From Planctomycetota bacterium (GTDB lineage Bacteria; Planctomycetota; UBA8108; SXIK01): a DNA stretch of 64,000 nt. The DNA is taken from contig CBDCXR010000004.1 of the NCBI GenBank assembly GCA_965223845.1, forward strand, positions 1,216,001-1,280,000. Reading direction: 5' to 3'. This document shows, piece after piece, positions 52,643-63,800 of the stretch. Under the pieces are notes generated by a model. The model worked only from the letters and a program-made list of their open reading frames with translations. It did not search any database and was not told the origin of the DNA. The position numbers and the translations under genes were made by a program. The stretch's first letter is position 1; the number at the start of each line of letters is the position of its first letter.

Positions 52643-55129
52643 TTAGTGGTTGAAGATGAACTTCTTGCTGCTGAGGACGCTCCAGTAGAGATCTTCGAGG
52701 AACGCTCGGCGCCCGCTCTCGGGTGTTTCACCGAGCGCGCCGGCGAGCGCGCGCCGCTCCTTTTCGCTCGGAAGGCGGGACAGCGCGCTCAGGTAGAGAT
52801 TCTCGACGGCGCGTTCGTCGCTCCACTTCTCGCCGAGCACCCGGTCGATCTTGTTCGTCTTCGCGCCCAGCTTGTCGTTCAGCGTCGAGCCGTTCGCGAT
52901 GTGAAGGATCTGCGCGACGCTCGACTCGCTCGTCCTCTCACAGGCGCAAGTCTGTTCGCGCTTCGGCCGGCCGAAGGATCGAAGGAAGTACGAGTCGACA
53001 TTCGAGTCCGGCAGCTCGATCGCGCGCCATCCGCTCGGGTAGCCCGGGAATTTCGTCGGCACCCCCGTGACTTGCGAGTAGGCGTCGAGAAGCACTTCGG
53101 CCGAGAGTCGGCGGGCGAAGTAGCGGGCGTAGAACCTGCGGTCACTTCGATTCTCTGGCAGCGCACGGCTGCTCCGCTGGTATGTCTCGGACTGAAGGAT
53201 CGCCCGCATGAGAGCGCGGAGATCGTAGTTCTGCTCCTGGAGGTAGCCGGCGAGCGCGTTCAGGAGCGGTCCGTTCGTCGGCGGATTCGTGACGCGGAGG
53301 TCGTCGACGGGATCGACGAGTCCCACACCGAGGAAGTTCGCCCAGACTCGATTGACGATCGAGCGCGAAAAGTACGGGTTCGACGCGTCTACGAGCCAGT
53401 CGGCGAGGTGTTCTCGGCGATCCGCGCTCGCCGTGAAATCGAGCGCCTCGCCGTCGAGCGGCCGCGGCGGCTGAGGTCGTCCGGTGAGCGGCTGGACGAG
53501 CTCGCCCGCCGACGCACTGAACACGACGCTGCCGCCGCCGCTCGATTTCGAACGGACGCGAGAGAAGAGATTCGCCATCGCGAAGTACTGATCGTTCGTC
53601 CACTTCTCTAGCGGGTGATTGTGGCACTTCGCGCAGCCGATCGAGAGGCCGAGGAAGGTGAGGCTCGTCGCCTCGGCCATCTCCGTCGGGTCCGGGTGGA
53701 GAACGAAAAAATTCGTCGCCCCATTTTCTTTCGTGCTTCCCGTCGCCGTGACGAGTTCGCGCGCGATGCGATTCCAAGGCGTCCCGGCTTCGACATGAGA
53801 ACGAACCCACGAGTAGTACGCCCACATCGCTTCCTTGGGGAGCTTGTTGCTGCTCACGAGAAGGAGATCGGACCACCGGTAAGACCAGTAGTCGACGAAC
53901 TCTTCGCGTCCGAGGAGCTCCTCGATGAGACGATCCCGCTTGTCGGCGCGATCGTCGGCGAGGAACGCGCGCGTTTCTTCGGCGGTGGGAAGAACGCCGA
54001 TGGTGTCTAAAAACGCGCGCCGGAGAAACTCCGCGTCCGATGAGCGAGGCGAGGGCGGCAAGCGGAGCGCGCGCAGCTTCGCGAGGACGTGATCGTCGAC
54101 GAAGTTCCGGCGCGGCGCGCGATCGAATGCGTCGTCGCCGACGCCGGTGTCGTACGGAACGGTGGTCGTCGCGATCGCGATGCGGCTCAGGTACCACGCG
54201 GTGACGGAGCACTCGCCCGGTCCGACCACCGTGAGAAGTCCCTTCTCGTCGACTCGTGCAGTCGTCGTCACGGTGACGTCGTATTTCGCCCATGGTGTCA
54301 CGTCCTCGACGTGGCCATCCGAGAAGTGAGCGAGGACGACCATCTGCTGCTCGTCGCCGGGACGCAGCGTGGCGTTTGCGGGAAGAATCTCGAGGCGAGT
54401 GATGCGAGCATCCGTCGTCTGCGGGGGCGGCGATCCACGGGCGATCCACTCGGCTAGAACGCGATACTCGAGCGAGTCGACATCGAACCGGACTCCGCCC
54501 TTGTGCGGAACCGCACCGGTCGGCTTGAGGAGGAGAAGACTCTCCGCCGGGGCTTCGGGTGCGATGCGCCGGCCGCGAGCTCCGCGCGTGATCTCGCTGA
54601 AGTCGCCGCCCGCGTCGTAGCCACGGAGCGAGAGCTTGAAGCCGTTCTTCCCCGCCGCGGCACCGTGACAGGCGCCGGAGTTGCATCCCGCCTTCGCCAA
54701 GACGGACTGAACGTGGTTGCGAAAGCTCCACTCGACCCGCTCTCGTGCCTGCCGTACGATCACCGTCGCCTCGGCCTCCTCCCGTCCCGCGCGGATCCGC
54801 AATCGTGCGGTGCCGTCCGCGACGGCCACCAGGGAGCCGTTCTCGTACGCCGCGATGCCCGGGGGCTCGAGTTTCACCTCGAATGCGTCAACGTCGAGAG
54901 ATTCGCACGTCCGGCCGTCGCGTCGAGCCTGGACGAGGATCCGCTGCGCGGCCCCTCTTCCCGTCAGCTCGACGATCCTCGGGAATACTGCGAGACCGTC
55001 GCGTGGCGGTCGATCCGCGGGCTCGCCGGCGCTCGCGAGGCTCGCGCTGAAGAAAATCACCGCGAGCGAGTACCCGCCTGTCCTCACGGCTCCAATTCCG
55101 ATCGCGCGCGTCCGCCGTTCCACCCGCAT
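52643..55129 (-). CDS. DUF1549/DUF1553 protein with Ig-like domains
   Basis: SFRNHV..GCNSGACHG..GKNGFKLSL, CAKCHNHP, NRVWANFLGVG, TCACER, FIFNH. Confidence 0.9.
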   Translation of the reverse strand: MRVERRTRAIGIGAVRTGGYSLAVIFFSASLASAGEPADRPPRDGLAVFPRIVELTGRGAAQRILVQARRDGRTCESLDVDAFEVKLEPPGIAAYENGSLVAVADGTARLRIRAGREEAEATVIVRQARERVEWSFRNHVQSVLAKAGCNSGACHGAAAGKNGFKLSLRGYDAGGDFSEITRGARGRRIAPEAPAESLLLLKPTGAVPHKGGVRFDVDSLEYRVLAEWIARGSPPPQTTDARITRLEILPANATLRPGDEQQMVVLAHFSDGHVEDVTPWAKYDVTVTTTARVDEKGLLTVVGPGECSVTAWYLSRIAIATTTVPYDTGVGDDAFDRAPRRNFVDDHVLAKLRALRLPPSPRSSDAEFLRRAFLDTIGVLPTAEETRAFLADDRADKRDRLIEELLGREEFVDYWSYRWSDLLLVSSNKLPKEAMWAYYSWVRSHVEAGTPWNRIARELVTATGSTKENGATNFFVLHPDPTEMAEATSLTFLGLSIGCAKCHNHPLEKWTNDQYFAMANLFSRVRSKSSGGGSVVFSASAGELVQPLTGRPQPPRPLDGEALDFTASADRREHLADWLVDASNPYFSRSIVNRVWANFLGVGLVDPVDDLRVTNPPTNGPLLNALAGYLQEQNYDLRALMRAILQSETYQRSSRALPENRSDRRFYARYFARRLSAEVLLDAYSQVTGVPTKFPGYPSGWRAIELPDSNVDSYFLRSFGRPKREQTCACERTSESSVAQILHIANGSTLNDKLGAKTNKIDRVLGEKWSDERAVENLYLSALSRLPSEKERRALAGALGETPESGRRAFLEDLYWSVLSSKKFIFNH

Positions 55130-55142
55130 TTCACCTCCGGCG

Positions 55143-56513
55143 TCAGAAGAGTTCCTTGATCTCGTGCGTGCCGAAATCGACGAGCGGAAACGGGCGCGAC
55201 TGCGGTCCGGGGAGCTCCGTCTCGAGATCGAGCCCTAGGCTCCGGTAGATCGTCGCGACGACTTCCGCGGGACCCACCGCGCGCTCCGCCGGGTAGGCTC
55301 CGATCTCGTCGCTCCGGCCGACGACGCGCCCGCCCTGAATGCCCCCGCCGGCGAAGTACACCGTCCAGCACTGCGGCCAGTGATCGCGTCCGCCCGCGGG
55401 ATTGATCTTCGGGGTGCGGCCGAACTCCGCGAGGTTACAGACGAGCGTCGAATCGAGGAGGCCGCGGTCATCGAGGTCTTCGAGGAGCGCGGAGTACGCC
55501 TTGTCGTACATCGGAGCGACGATGTCGCGCATGCCGGTGATCGAAGTGAACGGCTTCGAGCCGTGAATGTCCCACGTGATCTCGTCGAAGACGGTGATGA
55601 ACGTATTCACCGTCACGAAACGCACGCCGGCCTCGATGAGCCGCCGCGCGAGGAGGCAGCTCTGACCGAAGCGATTCACGCCGTAGCGCTCGCGGACCTT
55701 TTCGGGCTCCTTACTGAGATCGAAGGCCGCGCGCGCCTCCGGGCTCGTCATCAGACGGAACGCAACCTCGAAGTTGCTGTCCATCAACTCGGCGCTCTCG
55801 CTCTCCTCGAAGTTACCGACGGCGCTGTCGACAACGTCGCGGAGGCGACGGCGGCGGGCGAGGCGCGCTTCGCCGATCTTCTCCGGGGGGAGAAGATCCG
55901 GCACCTTGAAGTCTTTCTTTGACGGGTCCGCGTTCAGAGCGAACGGGTCGTGGGCCTTGCCGAGAAAGCCGGCGTCTTGGCCGTGGGGGAGTCCGCCCCC
56001 GGTGTTGCCCATCGGCTCCGGCAGCACGACGTGCGGCGGAAGATCGCTCCGGCGACCGCGCAGATAGGCGAGGGCGCAACCGGCGTGCGGAGTGTTCACA
56101 CCGCCGGAGAAGAGTCGCCCGGTCTGCATCATTTGGTGCCCCGTATCGTGCACGGCTGCCGCGGTGTGGAAGCAGGACCGGACGAGGGAAAACTTGTCCG
56201 CGTGCTTCGCGTGGAGCGGCAGAATCTCCGAGAGCTGGATGTCCGGGCTCTTCGTCTCGATCGGACGAAACGGACCCCGGATCTCTCGCGGCGCGTCCGG
56301 CTTCGGATCGAAGGTGTCGAGCTGGCTCGGCGCCCCGAGGTTGAAGATCATAATCGCGGAGCGGCGATCGTCCTTCGCGGCTCCACGCGCGTGGAGTGCC
56401 GCCCAGTGGGGAAGCGTGAGACCGATCGCACCGAGCGTTCCGACCTGGAGAAAGTCTCGCCGGGTGACTCCGTCACAGGTGCGAGCTCCGCCGTCACCGG
56501 TGATATCGAGCAT
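55143..56513 (-). CDS. DUF1501 family protein (Tat-type signal)
   Basis: CDGVTRRDFL, PSQLDTFDPKP, WDIH, EFGRTP, GRDHWP. ATG 56513 has an AGGGAG RBS. Confidence 0.93.
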   Translation of the reverse strand: MLDITGDGGARTCDGVTRRDFLQVGTLGAIGLTLPHWAALHARGAAKDDRRSAIMIFNLGAPSQLDTFDPKPDAPREIRGPFRPIETKSPDIQLSEILPLHAKHADKFSLVRSCFHTAAAVHDTGHQMMQTGRLFSGGVNTPHAGCALAYLRGRRSDLPPHVVLPEPMGNTGGGLPHGQDAGFLGKAHDPFALNADPSKKDFKVPDLLPPEKIGEARLARRRRLRDVVDSAVGNFEESESAELMDSNFEVAFRLMTSPEARAAFDLSKEPEKVRERYGVNRFGQSCLLARRLIEAGVRFVTVNTFITVFDEITWDIHGSKPFTSITGMRDIVAPMYDKAYSALLEDLDDRGLLDSTLVCNLAEFGRTPKINPAGGRDHWPQCWTVYFAGGGIQGGRVVGRSDEIGAYPAERAVGPAEVVATIYRSLGLDLETELPGPQSRPFPLVDFGTHEIKELF

Positions 56514-56706
56514 GTCCTGTTCTCCCTCTAAGTGACCGCGCACATCTTCCGACGATTGCGGCACTCACGATACCACACCGGAGGCGGAGAGATCAGCTTT
56601 GCCGCACGCCTCACGGCCCCGAAAGACGAGCGAACCTCGGCTCGAGTTCGGCGAAAGACGCCCGGAAAGGGCTCGCGGGGTCGCGCGCGATGCGCCGGCT
56701 GCGCGA

Positions 56707-57915
56707 CTAGCTCACCGCCGCGATCGCGTCGGCGAGCTGATCCACGTTCGCGGGAGTGATTCCCGCCACGTTGATGCGGCCCGATCCGACGATGTAGACG
56801 GCGTGCTCCTCTCGCAGCCTCTCGACTTGCTCCTTCGAGAGGCGGCTGAACGAGAACATTCCGCGCTGACGGCGAAGAAACGAATGATCGCCCGGTACGC
56901 CTCGCTCCTCGAGCTTCGTCGCGAAGAGATCTCGCATCGCGTGAATCCGCCCGCGCATCGAGTCGAGCTCTTCGATCCACCCGCTCCGAAGTTCGGCGTC
57001 GCCGAGTACCGTGCGAACGATCGCGGCACCGTGGGCCGGAGGATTCGAGTAGTTCACCCGGATCGTCGTCTTCATTCGACTGAACACGGCTGCCGCGGCT
57101 TCTTCGCTGCCCGCGACCATCGTGAGTGCCCCGACGCGTTCCGAGTAGAGTCCGAAAGTCTTGGAGAAGCTGCTGCAGATGATCAGCTCCGGACAGCGTG
57201 CGAGAAGGGCGATGAGACCCGCGGCGTCCTCGTCGATCCCGACGCCGAAACCTTGATAGGCGAAATCGACGAGTGGGATGAGCTCGCGCTCGGCGACGAC
57301 GTCGGCGATCGCGTTCCATTCGTCTTCGGTCGGATCCACGCCGGACGGATTGTGACAGCAGCCGTGGAGGAGCACGACATCGCCCGGCGGGGCCGCGCGA
57401 AGTGCCGTGAGCATCCCGTTGAGATCGAGTGCGCTCGCCGTGCGGTCGAAGTACGGGTACGTAGCACTCGCGAGTCCGGCTGCGGCGAACACCTTCGGAT
57501 GGTTCACCCAGGTCGGATCGCTCATCCACACGGTGACGCCCGAACACTGATCGCGCAGGAAATCGGCCACGACGCGGAGCGCGCCCGTTCCACCCGGAGC
57601 GTGCGCGGTGACGGCGCGAGACTCGAGCGCGGCGGAATCCACGGCCGACTCTCCCCCGCTCGGCGAGAAGAGCAGCTCGCGAACGAGGCGGCTGTACTCG
57701 GCATCTCCCGGAATCGGCTTGTAACTCTTCGACGATTCCGTCTCGACGAGTCGGCGCTCGGCCTCCTTCACGACGCGGAGAATCGGCGTCCGTCCGGTTT
57801 CGTCCTTGTAGACGCCGACGCTCAAATTGATCTTGTCGGGCCGCTCGTCCCGCTGGAACGCCTCGGTGATTCCGAGGATCGGGTCGGGCGGAGCGGGTGT
57901 GATCGATTCGAACAT
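56707..57915 (-). CDS. Aspartate/aromatic amino-acid aminotransferase (AspC/TyrB family)
   Basis: PDPILG, NLSVGVY, GGTGAL, HGCCHNPSGVD, DFAYQGF, SFSKTFGLY.ERVG, GRINVAG. Confidence 0.95.
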   Translation of the reverse strand: MFESITPAPPDPILGITEAFQRDERPDKINLSVGVYKDETGRTPILRVVKEAERRLVETESSKSYKPIPGDAEYSRLVRELLFSPSGGESAVDSAALESRAVTAHAPGGTGALRVVADFLRDQCSGVTVWMSDPTWVNHPKVFAAAGLASATYPYFDRTASALDLNGMLTALRAAPPGDVVLLHGCCHNPSGVDPTEDEWNAIADVVAERELIPLVDFAYQGFGVGIDEDAAGLIALLARCPELIICSSFSKTFGLYSERVGALTMVAGSEEAAAAVFSRMKTTIRVNYSNPPAHGAAIVRTVLGDAELRSGWIEELDSMRGRIHAMRDLFATKLEERGVPGDHSFLRRQRGMFSFSRLSKEQVERLREEHAVYIVGSGRINVAGITPANVDQLADAIAAVS

Positions 57916-58218
57916 GACAGTATCCGCGGAAGGGGTCGACGATTGGCGGCAGGGCTCGAACGGTGAGAGACCACGAGTCGCGCGTCGAACCGACGAGTCA
58001 CCGTGGTGTTCATTGCGAACCCGATGGAAGCGCGGCAGAGAACGTTACGGAACGCCAATGCGGAAGGAAAGGAAAAACGCGCACGGCCGACCCCACCGGG
58101 CGTTCGATTCCCGCCGGACCGTGCGTCTCCGAGTGAGCGGGGTTTCTCTTGCGGGGCGATGGGCGAGCGTGCTATTCACGGCGTGTTCGAGTGGACCGAT
58201 TCCGACGAGGGGACACCC

Positions 58219-59304
58219 ATGGCCGACGACGCCCGCGAATTCCTGTTCGACCTTCTCCGCACGCCGAGCCCGTCGGGCTTCGAGAGCGCGGGGCAAAAGA
58301 AGTGGATGGCGCGCGTTCGCGAATGCGCCGACGCGGTCGAGAGCGACAGCTACGGGACGGCCTGGGCGACGATTCGTGGGACGGCCGGTGACGACGCACC
58401 AACGGTGATGCTCGAAGCGCACGCCGACGAAATCGGGTTCATGGTGACGCACGTCAATGATGACGGGTTTCTCTACGTCTCCCGCGTCGGCGGGTCCGAT
58501 CGGGCGATCGCCCGGGGAAAACGGGTGCGGATACTGGGCGCGAACGGTCCCGTGCTCGGCGTAATCGGCAACACCGCGATTCACCTCCGCGAGAAGAAGG
58601 ACGAGAAGATCCCCGAGCTTCATGAGCTTTTCGTCGACATCGGAGCGGCGAGTCGCGACGACGTCGCCGCGCGTGGCGTTCGCGTGGGAAGTCCGATGGT
58701 CTACGCCGACGACGCTGAAGAGCTTCGGCCAGGACGCATCATGGGGCGGGCTCTCGACAACCGCATCGGCGGTTACATCGTCGCCGAAGCCCTCGCGCGG
58801 CTCGCGAAGAAGCGGCCGCTTGCGACGGTATTCGGCGTCAACGCGGTGCAGGAGGAGATCGGCGGCCACGGAGCGAAGATGGTCGCCTATCGTCTTCACC
58901 CTACGGTCGCCATCGTCCTCGACGTCACGCACGCGACCGACTCCCCGGGAATCGATCACGGCAAGCACGGCCAGGTGCGTTTGGGGAGCGGCCCAACGGT
59001 CACCCACGGGAGCTGCAACCATCCCGAGGTGGTCCGGCGCATTCTCGAAGTCGCCGAGAAAGAGAAAATCTCGATCCAGCACGAGGCCGCGTCGGCCTTC
59101 ACGGGAACCGACACTGACGATGTGTTCATCGCGCGGACGGGCGTTCCCAGCGCGCTCGTGTCCTTACCGATGCGCTATATGCACTCGACCGTCGAGACCG
59201 TCGATCTGTCGGACGTCGATCGGTGCGTCGATCTGCTCACGGCGTTCGCGTTGTCCGTTGCCGGGGACGACCGTTTCTGCGTACCGCTCTCGTCGCCCGA
59301 GTAG
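58219..59304 (+). CDS. M42 family metallopeptidase (TET-like aminopeptidase)
   Basis: AHADEIG, ALDNR, QEEIG, DVTHA, GTDTD, RYMHS. Start at ATG 58219. Confidence 0.93.
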   Translation: MADDAREFLFDLLRTPSPSGFESAGQKKWMARVRECADAVESDSYGTAWATIRGTAGDDAPTVMLEAHADEIGFMVTHVNDDGFLYVSRVGGSDRAIARGKRVRILGANGPVLGVIGNTAIHLREKKDEKIPELHELFVDIGAASRDDVAARGVRVGSPMVYADDAEELRPGRIMGRALDNRIGGYIVAEALARLAKKRPLATVFGVNAVQEEIGGHGAKMVAYRLHPTVAIVLDVTHATDSPGIDHGKHGQVRLGSGPTVTHGSCNHPEVVRRILEVAEKEKISIQHEAASAFTGTDTDDVFIARTGVPSALVSLPMRYMHSTVETVDLSDVDRCVDLLTAFALSVAGDDRFCVPLSSPE

Positions 59305-59335
59305 CGTCGTCGCGGGAGTCGACGACGCTGCGAAT

Positions 59336-60517
59336 TCAGCGTCGCGCTTCGACGAGGACCGAGAGATTCTCGGGCTCGACGGAGATCGCGCAGCGACCTT
59401 CGAGCAGCTCGAGAAGATTCTGGCCGATGAGGCGCCCGCGCCAGCCTTGAAGCACGGGAAGCTCGGAATCGGGGGCGCCCGCCCGCGCACTTTGGACGAG
59501 GCGGTAGAGCTGCGTCCGCGTGGCGATCAGACCGGCGCTGAGACCGAGCGATTGAGCCCGGCTCTTGAGGAGTACCTCGAGCAGGTCGACGATCGGCGTC
59601 AGCGTCGAGTCCTTGGGAGAGGGGTCAGGCGGGGCGGGGTACGTCTCTGGGGGGCGCTTGCGGACATCGCGAAGCAAGCGCAGTACCGAATCGCCGTGGC
59701 GCTTGATCCATCGCGGATGGAGCGCGCGCATCGTCGCGAGGTCCTTCGGGTTCTTAGGGAGTCGTCGCGCGATCTCGAAGAGCGCCTCGTCCGAGATCAC
59801 GCGACCGCGCGGCTGGTCGCGTTCGGCGGCGAGCTCCTCCCGCCAGAGCGCGAGCTCCTGAAGCGCGGCGATTTCGAGTCCCCGTAGGTTCCGTGCGCCG
59901 CGAAACCGAAGGTAGAGCGTCTCGGGGTTTCTACGGTAGAAGTTGATGTCGCCGTAAACTTTGAACTCCTCGTCGAGCCACTCGGAGCGGCCGAGGTCGT
60001 CGAGCTTCTCGCCGAGTGATTCTCTGAGACGTGGCAAGTAACGGACGTCGTCGAGCGCGTACTCGACCTGCTCCTCGGAGAGCGGGCGGCGCGACCAATC
60101 GGTGAACGCCTGCGCCTTCGGCAGTCGAACGCCGAGCGCCGCCTCGACGAGTTTCGTGTATCCGACGCTGTCGCCGTAACCGAGAAACGCCGCCGCGATC
60201 TGGGTGTCGTAGATGCCTGCCGGAGGCGTTCCCGCGCGGTCGAAGAAGATCATCATGTCCTGTTGCCCCGAGTGGAGGATCTTCTCGATGGCGGGATCGA
60301 GGACGATCTCGACGAGCGCGGAGAGATCGTCGATCGCGAGGGGATCCACGGCGACCACCTCGGGGCTCTCCACCGATTCGCCGTACGCGATCTGGACGAG
60401 ACAGAGACGCGGTCGAAACGACCGTTCGCTGATGAACTCGGTGTCGATCGCGAACGACGATTCCGTGCGAAGTCGAGCGACGAGATCGTCGAACGTCTGC
60501 TGGTCGCGGATGAGCAT
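59336..60517 (-). CDS. rnd: Ribonuclease D
   Basis: IDTEF, LCLVQ, DTQIAA, DWSRRPL, YALDDV, HRDC-like domain, GWR tail. Start at ATG 60517. Confidence 0.93.
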   Translation of the reverse strand: MLIRDQQTFDDLVARLRTESSFAIDTEFISERSFRPRLCLVQIAYGESVESPEVVAVDPLAIDDLSALVEIVLDPAIEKILHSGQQDMMIFFDRAGTPPAGIYDTQIAAAFLGYGDSVGYTKLVEAALGVRLPKAQAFTDWSRRPLSEEQVEYALDDVRYLPRLRESLGEKLDDLGRSEWLDEEFKVYGDINFYRRNPETLYLRFRGARNLRGLEIAALQELALWREELAAERDQPRGRVISDEALFEIARRLPKNPKDLATMRALHPRWIKRHGDSVLRLLRDVRKRPPETYPAPPDPSPKDSTLTPIVDLLEVLLKSRAQSLGLSAGLIATRTQLYRLVQSARAGAPDSELPVLQGWRGRLIGQNLLELLEGRCAISVEPENLSVLVEARR

Positions 60518-60820
60518 GGAGAACTCCGGATCGCTCGCGGCGCCGTACCGGACGGGAATCTGAGGGCGTGCGCGCGGTCGAGCGGGCCGTACAGTACCAG
60601 AACCCACGAGGCGACAAAACCCCGTCGCGATCAACGAGCAGCAGGCACGCCGCTCGGGAGCTCGGCCGGTGCGGGCGGGATTCTGGTCGGCGTTCGGGCG
60701 ATCGGGTAAAGATGAGGCTTCTTCGGGGCGGTGGATTCGAGCGGTCTCGACGACGACGTCCGCTCGGATTCACGCGAACGCTCCGTGTCGGACGCACCAG
60801 TCAACGAGGAGTCAGCTTCG

Positions 60821-63800
60821 ATGCATCGCTCTCGATCCGGGACGGACCTCTGCGGGGTCGTCACGACCGCGCTCGTCGCCATCGCCGTCGGAATCGGTTC
60901 CGACTCGTACGTCCAGGCGCGTGACAAGGCGAAGCCGGTGTTCGCATCCAAGGTGATGTCGAGCGGGCTCGTCGAGGTCGACGTTCCACTCGCCGGCGCC
61001 AAGGGACTCTGGCTCGTCGTTTCGGACGGCGGGGACGGCTACGGCTGCGACTGGGCCGACTGGATCGAACCGCGCTTCATCGGTGAGGACGGAGAGGAAA
61101 CCAGGCTCACGGGTCTTCGGTGGAAGAGCGCGCGAGCGGGTTGGGGGCAAGTGCGAAAGAACAAGAACGCGGGCGGCGGAGCGCTCCGCGTCGGCGATCT
61201 GGCGGTCGAGGACGGCATTGGCACGCACGCACCGTCGGTGATTCACTTCGAGATCCCCGCCGGGGCGAAGCGATTTCGCGCGCGCGCCGGGCTCGATCGC
61301 GGCGGGACGGACCAATCTTGCGGTGCGACCGTGCGCTTCCTCGTGTTTACCCAGCCGCCTCCCGAGCGCGTCGGGCGTCGGGCGGGTGCAGCGGGTGCGC
61401 TCGAGCCGGCCGAGGCCGCCGAGACGCTCGAGCCAGCGAATGGTCTTGAAACCGTCCTCTACGCGCACGAACCGATGGTCGTCAACCCGACGAACCTCGA
61501 CATCGACTCTCGGGGACGGGTGTGGGTCACGGAGGGCGTGAACTACCGGCGGTGGCGGAACCTCAAGCCCGAGGGCGATCGCATCGTCATCCTCGACGAC
61601 ACCGATGGCGACGGCCGAGCCGATCACTCGAAGGTGTTCTACCAGGGGCGAGACATCGACTCGGCGCTCGGGATCTGCGTTCTCGGCGAGCGCATCTTCG
61701 TTTCGCGCTCGCCTCACGTCTTCGTGTTCACGGATCACGACGGAGACGATCGACCCGACGAGAAAAAGGTTCTCTTCTCGGGAATCGGTGGCGAGCAGCA
61801 CGACCACGGCGCGCACGCATTCGTATTCGGCCCCGACGGCCGCCTCTACTTCAACTTCGGGAACAGCGGGACTCGCCTTCTCGACGGAGCCGGTGCGACC
61901 GTGGTCGACCGGGCGGGCAATCCCATCCTTGCGAACGGGAAACCTTACCGTCAGGGGATGGTGTTCCGCTGCGCCCTCGACGGCTCGAACGTCGAAACGC
62001 TCGGTCACAACTTCAGGAACAACTACGAAGTGGCCATCGATTCCTTCGGGACTCTGTGGCAGTCCGACAATGACGACGACGGCAACCGCGGGGTCCGCAT
62101 CAACTACGTGATGGAGTACGGCAACTTCGGCTACCGCGAGGAGCGGACTGGAGCCGGCTGGAACGCGAAACGGACGAACATTGAGCCCGACACGCCGAGT
62201 CGACACTGGCACCAAAACGATCCCGGCGTCGTCCCGAATCTGCTGCAGACGGGGAGCGGATCGCCGACCGGCATCTGCGTCTACGAAGGAGATCTCCTCC
62301 CGGCGGTGTATCGAGGTCAGATGATCCACTGCGAGCCGGGGCACAACGTGGTTCGCGCGTATCCCGTCGTTCGTTCGGGCGCCGGCTACGCGGCGAACAT
62401 CGCCGACGTGGTGTCGAGTCGTGACAAATGGTTCCGCCCCGCGGACGTCTGCGTGGCTGCCGACGGTTCGCTGTTCGTCGTCGATTGGTACGACGCCGGG
62501 GTCGGTGGACACAACATGGCCGACAACGAGCCCGGAACGATGCGCGGGCGGATCTACCGCGTCGCGCCGAGCGGACACCGGCGGGTGCGCCCCCCGGTAG
62601 AGCTCGATTCGATCGACGGTGCTCTCGCGGCGCTGTCGTCGCCGAATCACGCGAGGCGGTTTCTCGGCTACCGCTCGCTCTACGAGAAGGGCGAGTCCGC
62701 GAAACCCGCCCTGCGGAGGTTGTGGGGGGGAACGAACCGGCGCCTCCGCGCGCGTGCACTCTACTTGTTGGCTCGACTCGAGGGACCCGGGACGCGGATG
62801 ATCGACGCCGCGCTCGCCTCCGCGGACGCGGATCTTCAAGTCGCCGCGATCCGCGTCGCGCGAGCGATCGGAGCAGAACTGCTCCCGATCCTCGAGCTCG
62901 CGTCGACGAGCTCCTCGGCGGCGCTTCGGCGTGAAGCAGCCATCGCGCTCCGGCACGACAACTCGGCCCGCGCGCCCGAGATTTGGGCCCGACTCGCGGC
63001 TCGTCACGAAGCGGGAGACCGTTGGTCGGTCGAGGCGCTCGGAATCGGCGCCGCGCGGCGGGAGAGCGAGTTTCTCGCCGCGTGGCTCGCAAAGGTCGGC
63101 GACGGCTGGAAGCTGCCGGCGGGGCGCGAGATCGTCTGGCGATCGCGCGCTCCCGAAGCGCTACCGCTTCTCGCCGAACTGATTCTCGATCCGACCGGAT
63201 CGGACGGCGACCGTCTGCGGTTTCTCCGGGCGCTCGATTTCCACGCTTCCGTTCCGGATGAAATCTACGTCGCCCTCCTCGGCTCGTCCGACGATCGCGT
63301 CGTCGAGCTCGCAGCGGCTCGTCTCAAGGGATTCGACCCCGCGAAGAACGACGAGCACGCGAAGCTCGTTCGGACTCTTGCCGAGAAGAGCCAGGGGACG
63401 GCGCGCATCATCGGGCTCGCGCGCAAGTTCGATCTCCGCGACCGGGCGGGCGACGTGGTCGAAGCCTTGGCGCGCTACGGCGCCACCGCCGCCGGGGGAA
63501 GCGGCGCGCGCTGGCTGCTCGAGATCGGGGAAGCGGAGAGATTGAAGACCGCCGCGGGCGAGGGCGACGACGCGGCCGCGATCGGGGTGATTCAGGCTCT
63601 CGGGAGCGCGGCCGACCCTCGGGCCGTCGGCCTCCTCGCGTTTGTCGTTACCGACGAAGAGCGCTCAGCTGCCGTTCTCGGCCAGGCCGCTCGAGCGCTC
63701 GTTCGATCGAAGAACGGCGCGTCGGCCCTCCTTCGCCAGGCGCGCTACGACCGCGTCCCGGAAGCGATCCGGCCGCTCGCCGGTTGGCTGCTCAGCAACG

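Noticed and set aside
58078-58126. GTTCGATTCCC, tRNA T-loop-like sequence
   Set aside because: The T-stem does not pair and no cloverleaf can be built.
60812-63007. 731-aa minus-strand ORF
   Set aside because: Antisense shadow of the plus-strand dehydrogenase starting at 60821.
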